A DNA stretch of 64,000 nucleotides from Paramecium tetraurelia. Its lineage: Eukaryota. Location of the stretch: contig CT868042.1 in the NCBI GenBank assembly GCA_000165425.1, positions 1-64,000 on the forward strand, read 5' to 3'. This document shows positions 50,994-64,000 of this stretch, one piece after another. The position numbers and the translations under genes were made by a program. Positions within the stretch are counted from its first letter, which is position 1, and each line of letters begins with the position of its first letter. Below the pieces are notes generated by a model. The model ran no database searches, had not been told where the DNA came from, and saw only the letters and a program-made list of their open reading frames with translations.

Positions 50994-53900
50994 ATGGAGG
51001 CTCCTCTGTAAGTGAGTATGAATATATAGGAAATTAATGAAACCAGCTATTTAGAATCCTTTATCATTATCTCGCATCTCAAGACAATCAAGCAGCATTG
51101 AAACTACAATCTCATAAGAATCGTAACGGAAGTAATAATAATCGAAGAAGCAAACTATAGAACCTTTGGTAAAGAATAAGACATACTTTAATCATCGTAC
51201 ATTAATGAACGATTATTTGAAGAGATAGAACATTTCTATTGCAACTAAAGTGTTTTGTTTTAATTCGCAGGATGAGTATGTTCGAAGATGCTTATAAAGG
51301 CATGGTTGGCTTGAAACACCTTGTAACTAATAAATTTTTGATCTCAAATGGGTTTATAATGACACTCCCGATGATTTTAAAACATTAGTGGATGGATAAT
51401 TTTACAATCATTTTAGTAACACCAAGGAACTTACAACAAAATCGTGTTTATTAGCAAATTTCAAAAATTAATGTGAATATGGATATGATACTAGTACTTT
51501 CTTTCCTAGAGCTTTTGATTTAGGTAATGCTACTGACAGAGATGATTTCCTTAAAGAATATGAAAGAACTGCTGTCACCATTATATTAAAAAAGGCAATT
51601 ATTGCTTTAAGAGTGAAGAGAAAAAATGAAATGAAGAAGATAAAGGAAGTTATATTTCAGGAATGGAAGAAGAAGGAAGAGAACTCAAAGATTCGAAGAA
51701 TTGATATGAAGAGAACTGTGAAGAGGAAATACAAAAACATTTATACAGCACAGGAATTGTAAGACTCATCTTAGCAATCAGATATAAAGTTTGATTGTTC
51801 GATTATGTCTGAAGTGTTATCGAGACTTTCGGATATGAAAAGATAGTTGAAGGATGGGTTTTATGATGATAAAAACTTCGAATTGAGTCAGTAATACATA
51901 TCAAGAACTCGATATAAGTAATATTGTCTAAGTAATTTAGTATAATTACATATTCTCAGAATTAGAAATTCGACAAAGGTTCAAACCCGAGCAAATTTCT
52001 AATTAGAAAATTGTACAGATATCATTTGTTTTTTAAAAAGTATGATCCAGCTTACAAAGTTGATGGTGTCCATAATATTTGGATTATTAAACCAGGAGGA
52101 TGTGCAAGAGGATCAGGAATTTATTTAGAGAAGGATATTGCAGAAGCAATCAACAGTGGTTAATAAATGTAAGCGAGATTGGTGCAAAAGTACATAGAAA
52201 GACCATTGTTGTACAAAGGATTCAAGTTTGATTTGAGACAGTGGGTTCTAGTGAGGAGTTTCTAACCTTTATAAGCATTTGTGTTCAGTCATTGCTATAT
52301 GAGGATGTGCAGTTAGCCATATGATGTGAAGGACACTAAGAATTTATTAAAGCATTTGACAAATTTCTCTTTAAACAAATCAGAATTTAAGAAGTAAGTG
52401 AGCAATTATAATACATTAGTAAAAATGATTCAATTTACAGTAGTGATTTTATGTAGCAATGGCTTCCTGTTGATTGGTAAAAGGTAGTTAGACCATAATG
52501 CAATGAGCTAATGATCAAAACACTCAAGATATTGTAAGATCAATTTGAAGGAGAATCTAAATATTGCTTTGAATTATTTGGTTTTGATATTATGTTAGAT
52601 GAATATTGTAAACCATGGTTGTTGGAAGTCAATCTATCCCCAGCATGTGCAGAAAGGGCTGATTGGTTGCATGAAATGCTGGATTCTATGGCTGAGAGTA
52701 TGTTTAATATAGTATTTGGTGATGAATTCATAAGACCTAAAAAATATTATTATGAGTTATTAATTGATGAGGAATAAAATTACAATAATTAATAATAGAA
52801 CGATGGGTAATTTGAGTTATGGGGATAGAAATGCAATATTAGGAGAGAAAAGATGATCGATAAGAGATATATAGATTCACTGGCAGCTTTAATGATATAA
52901 AAGTTTTATAGAATGTACAAGGCTAAAAAGATAAAATGGTTTTTAAGAGATACTAAATATGCTATTGTCATATAAAAATATGTTAGGAGAATGCTTGCTA
53001 AATTGTTAAGGATAAGATTGAAAAAATATTATTCAGCCAGGAAGTTATAAACGCTTATCAGAGGATTTCTAGCTAAGAAGAGGAAATTTCATTTGAAAAG
53101 AGCCAAAATGGCAACTAAAATACAATGCCGATTTAGATGTAATTAAGCAATTTAGATTAAGAGTTAATTGAAGAGAGAACTAGCACTTTTGTATTTAGAA
53201 TAATTGATCTCAATTAAAATCTCATCTAAGTTGGCTAATGAACTGAAATAAAAGTTATTTAAATATAAAAGGATACAGAGATGGTGGAAAGTATTATATA
53301 GAAAAAGGGTAAAATAGAGTGCAAAAATAAATTCACTTGTTAAATGGTATTCATCTATTATCATCAATATAGTTTTATTTAAAAAAGGAAATACAAGAAA
53401 TTACTTAAAAACCATAGATCTGCTATTGTAATTTAGAAGAATTACAAACGATTTTAAGCAATTAAATTGAGAAAGAGATTGGAAAAAGAATAAGCAACTC
53501 TTTTGTTATAATGCTTAATGAAAATTAAATTGGCAAAAAGATAATAGAGATTAGAGATTTTTCAAAAGGGATTGAATAAATTTACAAAGGCATATGGTAG
53601 ACATAAATCAAGAGTAGCAATGGTCAACATTTGGAATATGGGATTGTTAAGGGTTAAGGCTATTGGAAAAATATAATCATATAGACTTGTGATCAAATCA
53701 AAAAGATACGCTCGTAGACTCAAACGATTAAAGAAGTTTATTAGATTGTAGGCATTTATAAAGGGGTTTTTATAAAGAAAGAGATATAGGAGATTAATCA
53801 AAAGGAAAAGAGCAATCAAGTTGATCATTAAATGTATCAGGAAATATATTTTTAAAAAGAAGATAAAGAGAAGAATCTAATAGAAAAAGGGAAGAGGACT

Positions 53901-54033
53901 CAATCTATATTCCTAATAGCCGAGTAAAGCTAATACAATTCAAACTACGTCTACTAGAAATTCATAAACTATATAACAATTTCAAAGCTAAAATGCAAAG
54001 AAATAAACAAGCCAAATTCCTAAAAAGAAATGA
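50994..54033 (+). CDS. TTLL3: TTLL3-type tubulin glycylase with a C-terminal IQ-motif array
   Basis: WIIKPGGCARGSGI, VQKYIERPLL, KFDLRQWVLV, HLTNFSLNK, FELFGFDIMLD..PWLLEVNLSP, then repeated IQxxxRxxxxK motifs. The glycylase assignment rests on the RQW motif. Confidence 0.85.
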
Positions 54034-54064
54034 TTCAATAAAACTAATTAGATAGAAAAAATCA

Positions 54065-54876
54065 TCAAAATAATGCTTTCTATTTACCAATATAGGTTGG
54101 AAGTGCATCCAGATTTAGTTTAGGCACTCCATTTACTTACTACATTTTACTCATTTTGACACTATTGGATCTAACTTATTAACGAATCCTTTTAGTATCA
54201 CCTTCTCTGTTGCTCTCTTGTCTTGCACTTTCTTTCTTTTCGTTAAGAAGGGATTTCAAAATTCTATTTTCTTCTAAAATCAATTTTATTCTTAATTCCA
54301 AATGTTCAACTCTCATTTTCTCTTTCTTCAATTCCTGTTCATGACTACAACATTTCTGATATTAATTCTAAATGTTCTCTTTATTGTCTTATAGCGTCTC
54401 AAATTTTTTGGACTTGTTATCAACAATTTATCCTAAAATTTAATCATTCTCTCCGTTTAACAAACTATCTACAGTCTAATAATTTTGATTATTTTAGATG
54501 ATTGATATATTGCCTATTTTCTGTTATAATTATTCAATGTCTTATTCTTAGAAATCCAGTTATTTTAGCTCTTTTAAAATATTTCTCAAGAATACTAAAT
54601 GACCTTCTTCTTCTAGCATTTATTCGATAAAATTTTTTAAACAAATATGAACTGCTTCAAGCTCATCTCTGCCAAATCCACTTGCATTAGTACCTTTGAA
54701 CCTAGTTATTAATTTGATTATTCATACATAATAGTGCATTCAACACATTTATAGCCAACTTATTTTTAGGTTTTAGTGATTCCTGCAGCAACTAACAAAT
54801 TTAGCAATTTATCCAAATCCTTATTCGGGAGACTATTGAAAATACTCTTAACTTGTTATACAACTAATTTGTTCAT
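54065..54876 (-). CDS. Hypothetical protein with coiled coil and possible degenerate dsRBD-like N-terminus
   Basis: MNKLVVQQVKSIFNSLP..., one 26-nt intron, continuous frame to VPKLNLDALPTYIGKQKALF-TGA. Confidence 0.75.
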
Positions 54877-55399
54877 ATGACAGTTAAATTAATTTAATTA
54901 AAGGATTTCAGATGAGAAGCTCTTTTAATTTGAGTATTCACATCATAGAATAAAATTGATCATTTGAGGAGGTTAAAAATATTAAAGATAGCAAAAGGGG
55001 ATTATGGGAATAAGTGAAATTTGGCAATTCAAAAGAAGTGGGAATTCTGGAGTCGGAGAGACGATTTGCAGGGTTTCACAATTGGATTTTGTATAACAAT
55101 TCTATCATGAAAGAAAAGTGATCGTGTGCAAATAGGAAATATAAATTAAAATTAAAATTCCAAGATGAATTGAGAAATTATTTATTGGTACTGAAATCTG
55201 ATAAGAAATGAATTATGATTATAAATTTTAAGAATGTGTATGTTCATAAATTCAGTGCTCTTTCGCTGAGGAGTATTAGTGTTGGGGATGGTTGAGTGTG
55301 ATTTTGTAATTGGTGATTCGATGAGTGTCTTTAGTTGAATGATTTTTGGTTTGAGTTTAAAATTACGGTAAAAAAAAAATATTGATTATTTATTAACTT

Positions 55400-57645
55400 A
55401 TGGGAAGTGCCTTACAATGTGGGATCCAAAGAAGACCAAAGAAAAGCAGCACTCATAAACTGGTTGCTCAAAAATACTTGGGAAAATGTAAGCATTGAAA
55501 TTAGAGTGTAGTTGAACAATTTGAACTGGATATGCTTACTCTGATTTTCAAGGACTTGGCTTCGAGATAGAGTAATTCATTGTTAAGTAGAGATACATTC
55601 AATACCTTCTTTTAAATAATAGTTTGTAGCATATAGATTATTAATGTAGGGATTTTGGGGAGAACAAATATTTAATAAGTTCACAAACAAGCAGGAAGAC
55701 TATATGAATTTTGACGAGTTTTTGGCAGGAATGGAAATGTACATCAAGTGCTCTGATGAATAGCGAATAGTGAATTTATTTCAGCTTTACGATTTACAAA
55801 ACCAGAAAGGAATAGCGAAAAGTGACTTTCTATAGATGGTATGATAAGTGTTTGATAGAAATAGATGCAGAATTATCCCCAATATGAATTAAAGAAGATA
55901 TGTGAAGATTAGCTATTTTTAGATGAATCTTTAATCATAGACGATTTTGGTAATCGACGTAAGCATCGCCATAGGAAGTATAAGAATAGTGCAGATCTAC
56001 TGGAATTGTCAGGTATATCTAAATGAATAATGAAAAAGTCTAACCATTTCGGAAACAGAGCTAGAATATTTCAGAGTGTTAATTCGACAGTTCAAATAAA
56101 ATAATCTCAGAAGGTTAATAGAGTTGTTTTTCCAAGTAATCAGATGCCCTCTTTGTATAAGACAGTATGATCTAGGAAAATGGAACAACGCAAAAACGAT
56201 TTGGATTGTTAATAACAGCTTAAGTAAATAAGATAAACAAATTAGGTTGATGGTTAAAAGATAGAAATGTGTGTGAATTAAAGTGTATTGATTAAGAAAT
56301 ACGTAGACTTGGTGTATAAGAATAAGCACGATTAATTATTGTCATTGCAAGAATTCTAGGCTTTTATTGCGAAACATCCCAACTTAATCCAACCACTTTA
56401 TGCAGCATTTAACTATAACATTTGGGGGATCACAGATAAATAGCCCAACTATAAATAACTGTAAGAATGCGATGAATACAAAATAGAATGTTAATAATGT
56501 CAGGAGACTTATATAGAATCTCAAAGAAAAAGGAAATAAAACAGAAGCATTGCGAACTTTATCCCCATGTGCTTTTGGAGTATAGTAAAAAAGGAGAAGG
56601 TCCTTCAAAGGTGATTTGTTTGTAGGGTTTGATAATAGAGGAAAAGGCACACCAATAGGTTTAGAAGTATGGATTTGAAGTAATGCACGTTGGGAAATAG
56701 TACAAGGTTAAGAGTTATGAATGTTCCGATGATAAGCAATTTAGATTGTGGTAGAATGCATTGCAAGCTTATAACAAGTAAGTATTACATTATTATTGGA
56801 GTGGTGAGATAAGTAAGAAGTATTCCATTTTGGAGAAGATTGGACAGGGTCAATCCTCCATGGTGTATAAGTGTTAGGATAAATAGACAAAGGAGACCTA
56901 CGCTTTGAAGATCATCAATAAACAACAGATCTCTTAAAATTAAGCAGATGCAATAAAGCATGAGGTGGAGATCATGAAGTTGATCAATCATCCGTACATC
57001 GTAAGATTAGTTGAGAGTTTTGAGAATAAGAGTCACATCTATTTAGTTACAGAATTGATAAAGGATGGGGATCTCTATGATTATGTGGAGGAGAAGAAGT
57101 ATTTGGCCGAGGAAGAGGCTGCCTTGGTATTGTCTTAGTTGATTGACGCCTTGGAGTCCATTCAATAAATGGGAATTGTACATCGAGATATCAAACCAGA
57201 GAACATAATGATAGTGTTGAATTAGAACACTATCAAGCAGGTGAAGATAATTGATTTCGGATTTGCCAATTATTTATCCATTCTGAATGAGAGGAAAGAG
57301 AACTTCGAGTGTGGGACCATGAATTACATTGCACCTGAAGTATATCAATAATGCAAAGAATTGACATCCAAAATTGATAACTTTGCCTTGGGAGGAGTGC
57401 TCTATTTCATGCTCTGTGGTTATGCACCTTTCTATTCAGAAATAGTCTTGGAAATCAAGGAGAATATTCTAGATGGCAATTATGATATTCAAGATGAGTT
57501 CTGGCAATGTGTAAATGATGATGTGAAAGAACTCATCGCTGGATTATTTGAAGTAGATCCACTCAAAAGATTTTCACTCCAATAAGTGAAGGAGCATATT
57601 TGGATGAAGAAATTCCTGGAGAAACGCAAATCAAAAAAGAAATGA
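55400..57645 (+). CDS. EF-hand + PH + CAMK kinase (CDPK7-like architecture), putative N-myristoylation
   Basis: MGSALQC start, MNFDEFLAGM and LFQLYDLQNQKGI EF-hand-like loops, PH-like GDLYR...ICLQGLII...YGFEV...LWQNAL, kinase IGQGQSSMVY, HRDIKPEN, DFGFA, GTMNYIAPE. Confidence 0.88.
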
Positions 57646-57712
57646 TATTATCTACAAATTCACATTTTGAAATCCACATATCAACTAAATTATTAATATA
57701 CCATATAAATAA

Positions 57713-58718
57713 TCACACACCCAAATTACCATATAAATGTATCACACTCTCCTATTTGTTCTTGTCCTAACACACTATAGCCAATATGAATTTGTTAGGA
57801 TGGAAACAAAGATCAGATGGCTATCCCTCTAATTTTATCGAATCTATATGATCAGTCTTGCCAGCCAAACATCTGTCCACCTAATAGATGTATGCCTACT
57901 CTTCCAAACCAATTGCTGCTATGTATTTACTGTCAAAAACAGACATCGATTTAATCTCTGATTCCACTGTCACCAACTATCCTGCACATAATAAATCTGG
58001 TAATTGCCACAATATAATCAGAGAATCCTAAGCACCAGTATACATATGCTAACCATCCTTGCTGAATTTGCATTAAGTAATTCCAGCTCTATGGGCTTCC
58101 ATCTAATGAAGAGGAGGCAATTAAGGATTGGTGACATCCATAAATTAAATCATGCCGACTCCATTTTATTGACCAACTGCTACAAACACATCTTGGTCAT
58201 ACATGATGTTCTTCAATTCAAAATTTTTATCTTTATCTTTTGGTTAATACATTATTTATCTCTCTCCTCCTTACATGTCCAAGAACATTATCTGTGTTTC
58301 CTTATTCTATTTAGTACCCACTGCCAATTCATTGCCATTTGGACTCCAACAGGCTATACCCATTTATTCCTTCTTCTCTTGTCTTACACTCTATTTTGTG
58401 CGAATATCCCAAATTTTCACATACTCATTCGTTATTGAAGCTATTATGTCTGGCTGTGTCGGATGAAATAACAACTTCTCTAATTGCTCCGATCCTTGCT
58501 TCAAATCAGTTGATCTCTTAATGTTATTGCCATCAAATGACCAAATTTTAATTGTGGAATCACTTGACGTAGCCAAATAACTTCCATTACAATTCCAATC
58601 CATTGATTTGATTGTCTTGCGTTCCTATTGAGTTTTCTCTCTCTATGAATTTTTTGGGTATTCTTTGAACTATTAATAAAACATATAATAAAGATTAATC
58701 CACCGCATTAATGTGCAT
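57713..58718 (-). CDS. THOC3: WD40 protein, THO complex subunit 3 (TEX1)-like
   Basis: IKSMDWNCNGSYLATSSDSTIKIWS...EKLLFHPTQPDIIAS...VKIWDIRTK...LAWSPNGNELAVG...CFHPNKFILAIVC. Confidence 0.72.
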
Positions 58719-58776
58719 CAACCAAGATTACAGAATATATAACGATCATCATACTGTGAAAACTTAATATTAATAT

Positions 58777-59242
58777 TCAAATGGCAGCTAGAAGTTTTTA
58801 CTTCTCAAGTTCTTTCTGTTACATCTCCTTCAACTTATCCTCAATCATTTGATTTTCAATCACTTTCTTCATTCTGCCTCCGTAGTATGTAGCCAAGGCC
58901 TATATAACATAGAATCCCACAAACACCACTGCACAAACAATTGCGTATTATTTTGAATTTCCCTTAGCTATTTTTAGATATTAGGTATATACCAGCCTCA
59001 ATCAATCCATACCAAATAGGCAAACACATTCCCCAAGTGAACAGTGTCATCAATACAACATAAAAGTAGTCAATGCATTCAAATGGGTAATAACCTGGTG
59101 TAGTTCCATGGAATTTAGGTTTATAGGCACCAAATTTTCTAAATTGATCATAATACTTAATTGCTTACCTAGTATATCCATCATCCAACATTGGGTCTTC
59201 TACAATGGTTGGATCAATTTTGTGGTAATCTTGTTAATCCAT
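58777..59242 (-). CDS. Small two-TM membrane protein (~136 aa)
   Basis: Two introns. Hydrophobic segments YFYVVLMTLFTWGMCLPIWYGLI and YAIVCAVVFVGFYVIQALATYY. Charged tail. Confidence 0.82.
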
Positions 59243-60268
59243 AGGATAAAAAAAATAATTATATTAATGAATGTATTTATTCTGTGATTATAGTATAAAT
59301 ATAGAGAAATGTAATTGTTAAAAATAGCAATTAAAAATCATATTTGTAAAGAACCAAGACCACATCATTAAAATCAGTTACAATAATTTCAAAATCAATT
59401 TCCTTGTTCCTTATTGACTCTCCATTAAAGTATGGTTGTGTTTTCTAACTCCAAAAATAGATAAAAAGTTTATTCTTAAAAAATAACTTATTATATTTGC
59501 GAGAAATGATTTCTTCTTTAATTAGGTTTTGATTTCATATGCATGTATGAATATCCATAAATTCAAGAGTAAAGAATCATCTATATATTGCATGTAATTG
59601 AAGTTTTATCAATAGCCAGTAAATAATAATCGTTTGGCTATTTAGGAACAAAAGGAACTACAAACTAAACTCATCTTAATAATTCTGCAATTTAATATCC
59701 AAGAGTATTGACCTAAATATAGCCCATTTTACACCTCTTGAAAGATTTGAATATCAACGCTAATTCTATTTTTGAATAAGTAAAATAGGAATTAATGATC
59801 TTATAGATGATAGTTTGTAGAAAAAAAAGGAAGGAAGAATTTATAATATGACTATGCATAAATATGAAACATTATTTTACAATTAATAATGATAAAAACC
59901 TGTTTAGAACATTTAAATTTACTATCAGTTATAAAACCACAAAATGAGAGTTATTTCAAAAGTCAGTGAAACCAAGTAGGTATCTTGAAATAAGGATATT
60001 TTTGTAAAATACCAAAAAATGCAAAAATTTTTATAAAGATTACATAAAATACTAACTTAGGTTATTAATTTAATATAAAATTATAATTATTTAAATTTCT
60101 TTTATATAAACTAATATTATAATATATATTCATAATGCTATATATGATTTATATTGATTTAAATAGTGATCTTCTTGATTGAGGGGATCTTAAAATATAA
60201 ATTTAGTTTAATATATTGATATGAATATTTATGTAAATTAATTCTTATTAAACTTTAGAATTCTTACT

Positions 60269-62113
60269 TCAGTAATGATTTTAATATTTTGATTATATAA
60301 TATTGGATTATTACTATGATCTATTAACAGAAGCTAGGCCAGCAAAGAGTTGACTATTTAAAACTAAACCTTATTCTCCACTTTAAACTAAATCTTTTTA
60401 TTAAATTGTGTTCCTTTTAATTACTTAAGTAGTAGCACCTAATCCAAACATTTCTAAGGTTGTTGGTTCTTGCAGAGCAATATCATTTTTGAATGGGTCC
60501 ATAAGTATCTAATCATAAAAGTTTCCAGAATAAAATATGTTGAATTCATTTCTCTAAACTGCAACCAAAGAAGTAGCGAGAATCATCAAGACTTCAGTGA
60601 AGATAGAGCTAAGATAGTAAGTTTTTGATACGTTGGAAGAGGGAATGAGGAAATGAATTGGATTAGTACCCACAAAATTAGTCCAAGTAGTAAACCAAAG
60701 AAAGCAATAATTTCATAGACATATGTTTATTTATGTTTGTCAAATCTATTGACATAACCCAAAAAGAAACCTAATTAATTAGAGAAAATGATTACCAGGA
60801 AATAGCAAATTGAAAATTGAAACCCATGCACATTTCTTTTTGTAAATATATCTAAAATAAGGAAATTAGGCAGAAAGTGGAGTGTTGAAATATCTCAATG
60901 CAACACTATCCCATTCATATCTGACAGTTTAACTCAAATAAATTGAACAAAAAATATCAATTATCATGAGAGGTATAAAAAATTAGAGAGCATCTTTTAA
61001 AGATATTATCTTGAATAATTTAATGAATGATCCTAATATGCAGATGGATAAAAGATTGCTAACCTAAGGGTAATTAATATATAATACATACAAACCAAGG
61101 TTATTCATAATAGAGGTAAAAGAAAATCAATAAAGTGGATAATAAAATTGATATATAATCCCTAATTTTTAAGCAATACACCTTTTGAGTCAAAATTGGG
61201 ATAGTGTTTCTGAATTTACCAAAGATTTCATTGAAAAAATGGAATGAAGTGAGAACACAAATTAAATATACCAATATTTTAATGACTTTCTCTGCCTTCT
61301 CTTGATAACTCATTGAGGTAAATAAAGCAATCAATAACAATCCCATGTAGGCCACAGCTTGAGGCCAATATAAATAAAATCCTTAGAAGGGACTTAGATC
61401 TACATTTTAGATGTTTTGTTCTTCAAATTACTTCCTTTTAGCTGGTGTTACAAAAGCAATTCTAAATGAATAAATTTTTCCAAAAGTAGCTAAAATTATG
61501 ATAACAATAGAATCAAATGTAATTAAAATGATATTGCTCCAATCAAATCTATAGTTTATTTAATTTAGTACCTTTTTGGATGGAAACTGCCATCACAAAT
61601 AAATTAATATTAGAAATTTAAACCCTAAAAGTCTTGAAATCGAATAAAGACATTTTATATACTCCAGTAATTGGTATTATTGACTTATCTCTCACAACTA
61701 TGAATAAACTCAACGACTATGCTTTAATGAGGTTATAGAATAGGTAGAGCTGATAATTTAGGTGCAACAGGAATATCTTAATATTCTAAATAATCAGTTA
61801 TTGTTAATTATCTCAAAATAATAGTCTCATTTTCATTGTTTGTTATGGTTAAGGGCAATATAAATTTTTACCTACCATGTCCATGTAGATTTAAGGAATC
61901 TACTTTGTACTTTGTCAGATTGGTAGGACAACATGATAATAATGGGAATTGATCATAATCAAAATATTTATTGATTTAGTTATTTTTGTAAATGGTTGCT
62001 GGCAGGTTTTCTTCAGGGTCTTGTTATTTAGGCATGAGAGTGCCAAATGAGAGTGTTACATCTGGAAATGCAATGGTTGTTGTGATTATTTGAAATAGTA
62101 TTATATTAAACAT
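60269..62113 (-). CDS. Signal-peptide-bearing multi-pass membrane protein
   Basis: MFNIILFQIITTTIAFP start, extracellular region, several hydrophobic helices at 60.6-61.6 kb, polar tail, TGA at 60269. Confidence 0.78.
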
Positions 62114-62129
62114 TAAATATAAAGTAAAA

Positions 62130-62972
62130 TCAAATTTCATATTCCTTAATTTTAGTTTGAAGTAGTTAATTCAATTGTTTTTGATCTTCAATCTTCTTGA
62201 CAAGCTTTTTAATGATTAATTTTTATAAGATGATAATTTCATCCTTATCAGGTATTCTAACATCTTCATCTGCATCCTCAATGTGATTTAATAAACTCTA
62301 TTCTAATTCAGGTAGAACATCGTTATGCTAGACTTAAAGTCCTCTTAAAAGTTATATCATCTATAGGTAGGTGTCATTAATTTTGTCTTTGGAACGGGCA
62401 TGAACTTCATTTCCATCTTTGGCAACTTTGAATTTATGCTATAATTCTTCTTTTTGTTTTTGAATTTCTTCATATTATTGCTTGCAATTGTTCATCTATT
62501 TTGTCATTTACTTCATATCATTCAAAATGACCTGCTTTTCCTTTTTAATTAACCCCAAAATTCCAACAATCCCTTGTTATAATTCTGGAGGCTGTTATTA
62601 GTGTTCTTCTACTTATTTTTAAGTATCCTAAAATAGACTGGCACTGCAAACAGATTTGTCTTTTACTTCAAATTCATATTGACTTAGTGATCGATCTATT
62701 TGAGTTGAATTGTCAGTTTGATGATGACTACTTAGAGAATAGCATTGTTGTCTTTTTGGACTTGGACTAGTTTGCAATCGCAAATTTTTTAGTTTTGAAT
62801 AACTTAATTTAGGTTATTTAAAGAGAGGAGAATATGATTACTTTGCTTATTATTTTTTAGGTTCCAAGATAGAGGCAGTATTTTTTCGATTCTTTTATAG
62901 AAAGTCTTAATATTGTTTAATAAAAGAATTCTAGCTGGCTTATGAACGAGGCTTAAAATAAGGCATGTTCAT
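62130..62972 (-). CDS. Hypothetical low-complexity (Q/S/K-rich) protein
   Basis: Open code-6 frame MNMPYFKPRSQASQNS... ending LLQTKIKEYEI-TGA. Confidence 0.72.
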
Positions 62973-62996
62973 GTTAATAATGATATTAATTAAATT

Positions 62997-63321
62997 TCAT
63001 TCCAAAAATATTTTCTTTTCTTTTAAATATTTTGTAAATTCTTATTCGATCACTTGTCTTTCAGCTCTCATCATACTATATTTGACAAGAAAGAGGTAAT
63101 AATCATCAGCAGTAAAATTGAAATTGAAGAATGCTTATGGATTCTACTTCATTTCATCAATCAAGATGTCTTTTTGTATTTTACTTTCTAGGATGACAAT
63201 TGTTGTTACCTAATTTGCTGCAGATTTCTTAAGCTTACTCTAGATCCTGGAATTACTCCAAGGTACACTTTTCTCCGATTCTGGGAAGGGTGCCTTCTAT
63301 GTCATCATAACTCTTATTCAT
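62997..63321 (-). CDS. Small hypothetical protein (~100 aa)
   Basis: MNKSYDDIEGTLPRIGEKCTLEQFQDLEQAQEICSKL, 22-nt intron, ESKIQKDILIDEMK...YLKEKKIFLE-TGA. Confidence 0.68.
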
Positions 63322-63419
63322 TAGAAATAATAAATAATATATTTAGTGCAGAAGAGTGACAATGGAAGTATTAATAATTAATAAATCTTATTGTACTTAT
63401 TTCTATATATATTATTTTA

Positions 63420-64000
63420 TCAAATTTCTAAACGCTTTTCACTAACATAGATTCCATCCAAGAATTGTCTAATATCCTTGTTCTTGACAGCACAAGCTTA
63501 ATGAATAAGTGCACAGGTGAGTGAAACGTTATTCGAAATCGTTTCCTTAGAGTGTCAAGACATCTATAGTGGGTATATTAAGATTTTATTACTCTTCTCT
63601 TCAGCTTCATTTCTGGTGATGGTCACTCCTGGAAGGCATTTGATAGTTCTGATGATCTTTTCTCCGAGGAAATTCTTGATTTCAACGCCTTGTCCATTAC
63701 CAATGAGGTTGATAATGATTGGAAAGTGAGCATATGCCAATACCATCTTGAATTTATAACCTGTGGTAACACCTCTAATCATGTTTCTAATTTGAGAGGC
63801 AACTGAATTAACTTGGCATCTTTATTTTCTGTATGATTGCCACATCCTAACACTGACTCTGGATTTGGCAACATTGTTCTTCTTATTCACTTTCTTTGAA
63901 ACTTGGATGTCCAAAGCAGAATGTCTGAAATTTTTGGTCAATTCCCCTCTGGGTCCTAAGAGACGATAAAACATGACTCAATACCCTTAACTTTGACCAC
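63420..64000 (-). CDS. RPL9: 60S ribosomal protein L9 (uL6), 5' end outside the window
   Basis: [12 protein letters not shown]...[22 protein letters not shown]...EIKNFLGEK...[34 protein letters not shown]. Confidence 0.97.

Noticed and set aside
59300..60250. Gene or mobile element in the ~1-kb spacer
   Set aside because: No consistent frame, terminal repeats or recognisable homology. May be a decayed gene.
1..64000. Supplied ORF track taken at face value; prokaryotic systems such as CRISPR, operons or IS elements
   Set aside because: The track treats TAA/TAG as stops and ignores introns. Most entries are antisense shadows or fragments. The periodic repeats are protein-coding exons, not CRISPR repeat-spacer arrays.

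Overview
Eukaryotic, very AT-rich, gene-dense DNA from a ciliate, almost certainly the Paramecium macronuclear genome. Genes read through only with genetic code 6 (TAA/TAG=Gln, TGA the only stop) and are split by tiny (mostly 20-30 nt) GT..AG introns, so the supplied standard-code ORF track is largely misleading. About 30 protein-coding genes can be read by hand: a ~40-repeat TPR gene with one intron per repeat, a type-I membrane protein, a 2099-aa Cys-periodic surface-antigen-family gene, a vWA protein, a second TPR-like gene, a CCT-motif protein, a Trl1/plant-RNL-like tRNA-ligase homologue, two genes with an Rdx-like CxxC..H..H domain, RPS24, a WD40 gene, two tandem MORN-variant repeat genes (one frameshifted), two kinases, an atypical Ras-superfamily GTPase, a TTLL3-type tubulin glycylase with IQ motifs, a THOC3-like WD40 gene, several hypotheticals and a partial RPL9. 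Most notable: (1) the tRNA-ligase homologue keeps the ligase-kinase-2H phosphodiesterase architecture but appears to have lost catalytic residues in all three domains; (2) an inverted duplicate of ~16.6-18.6 kb sits at ~49.0-50.6 kb, where a small Cys/His-rich gene survived and diverged while the flanking surface-antigen and vWA 3' ends decayed; (3) repeat-protein genes built from symmetric one-repeat exons. All gene models and family calls are by manual translation and motif recall, with no database search. Some 5' ends are approximate.
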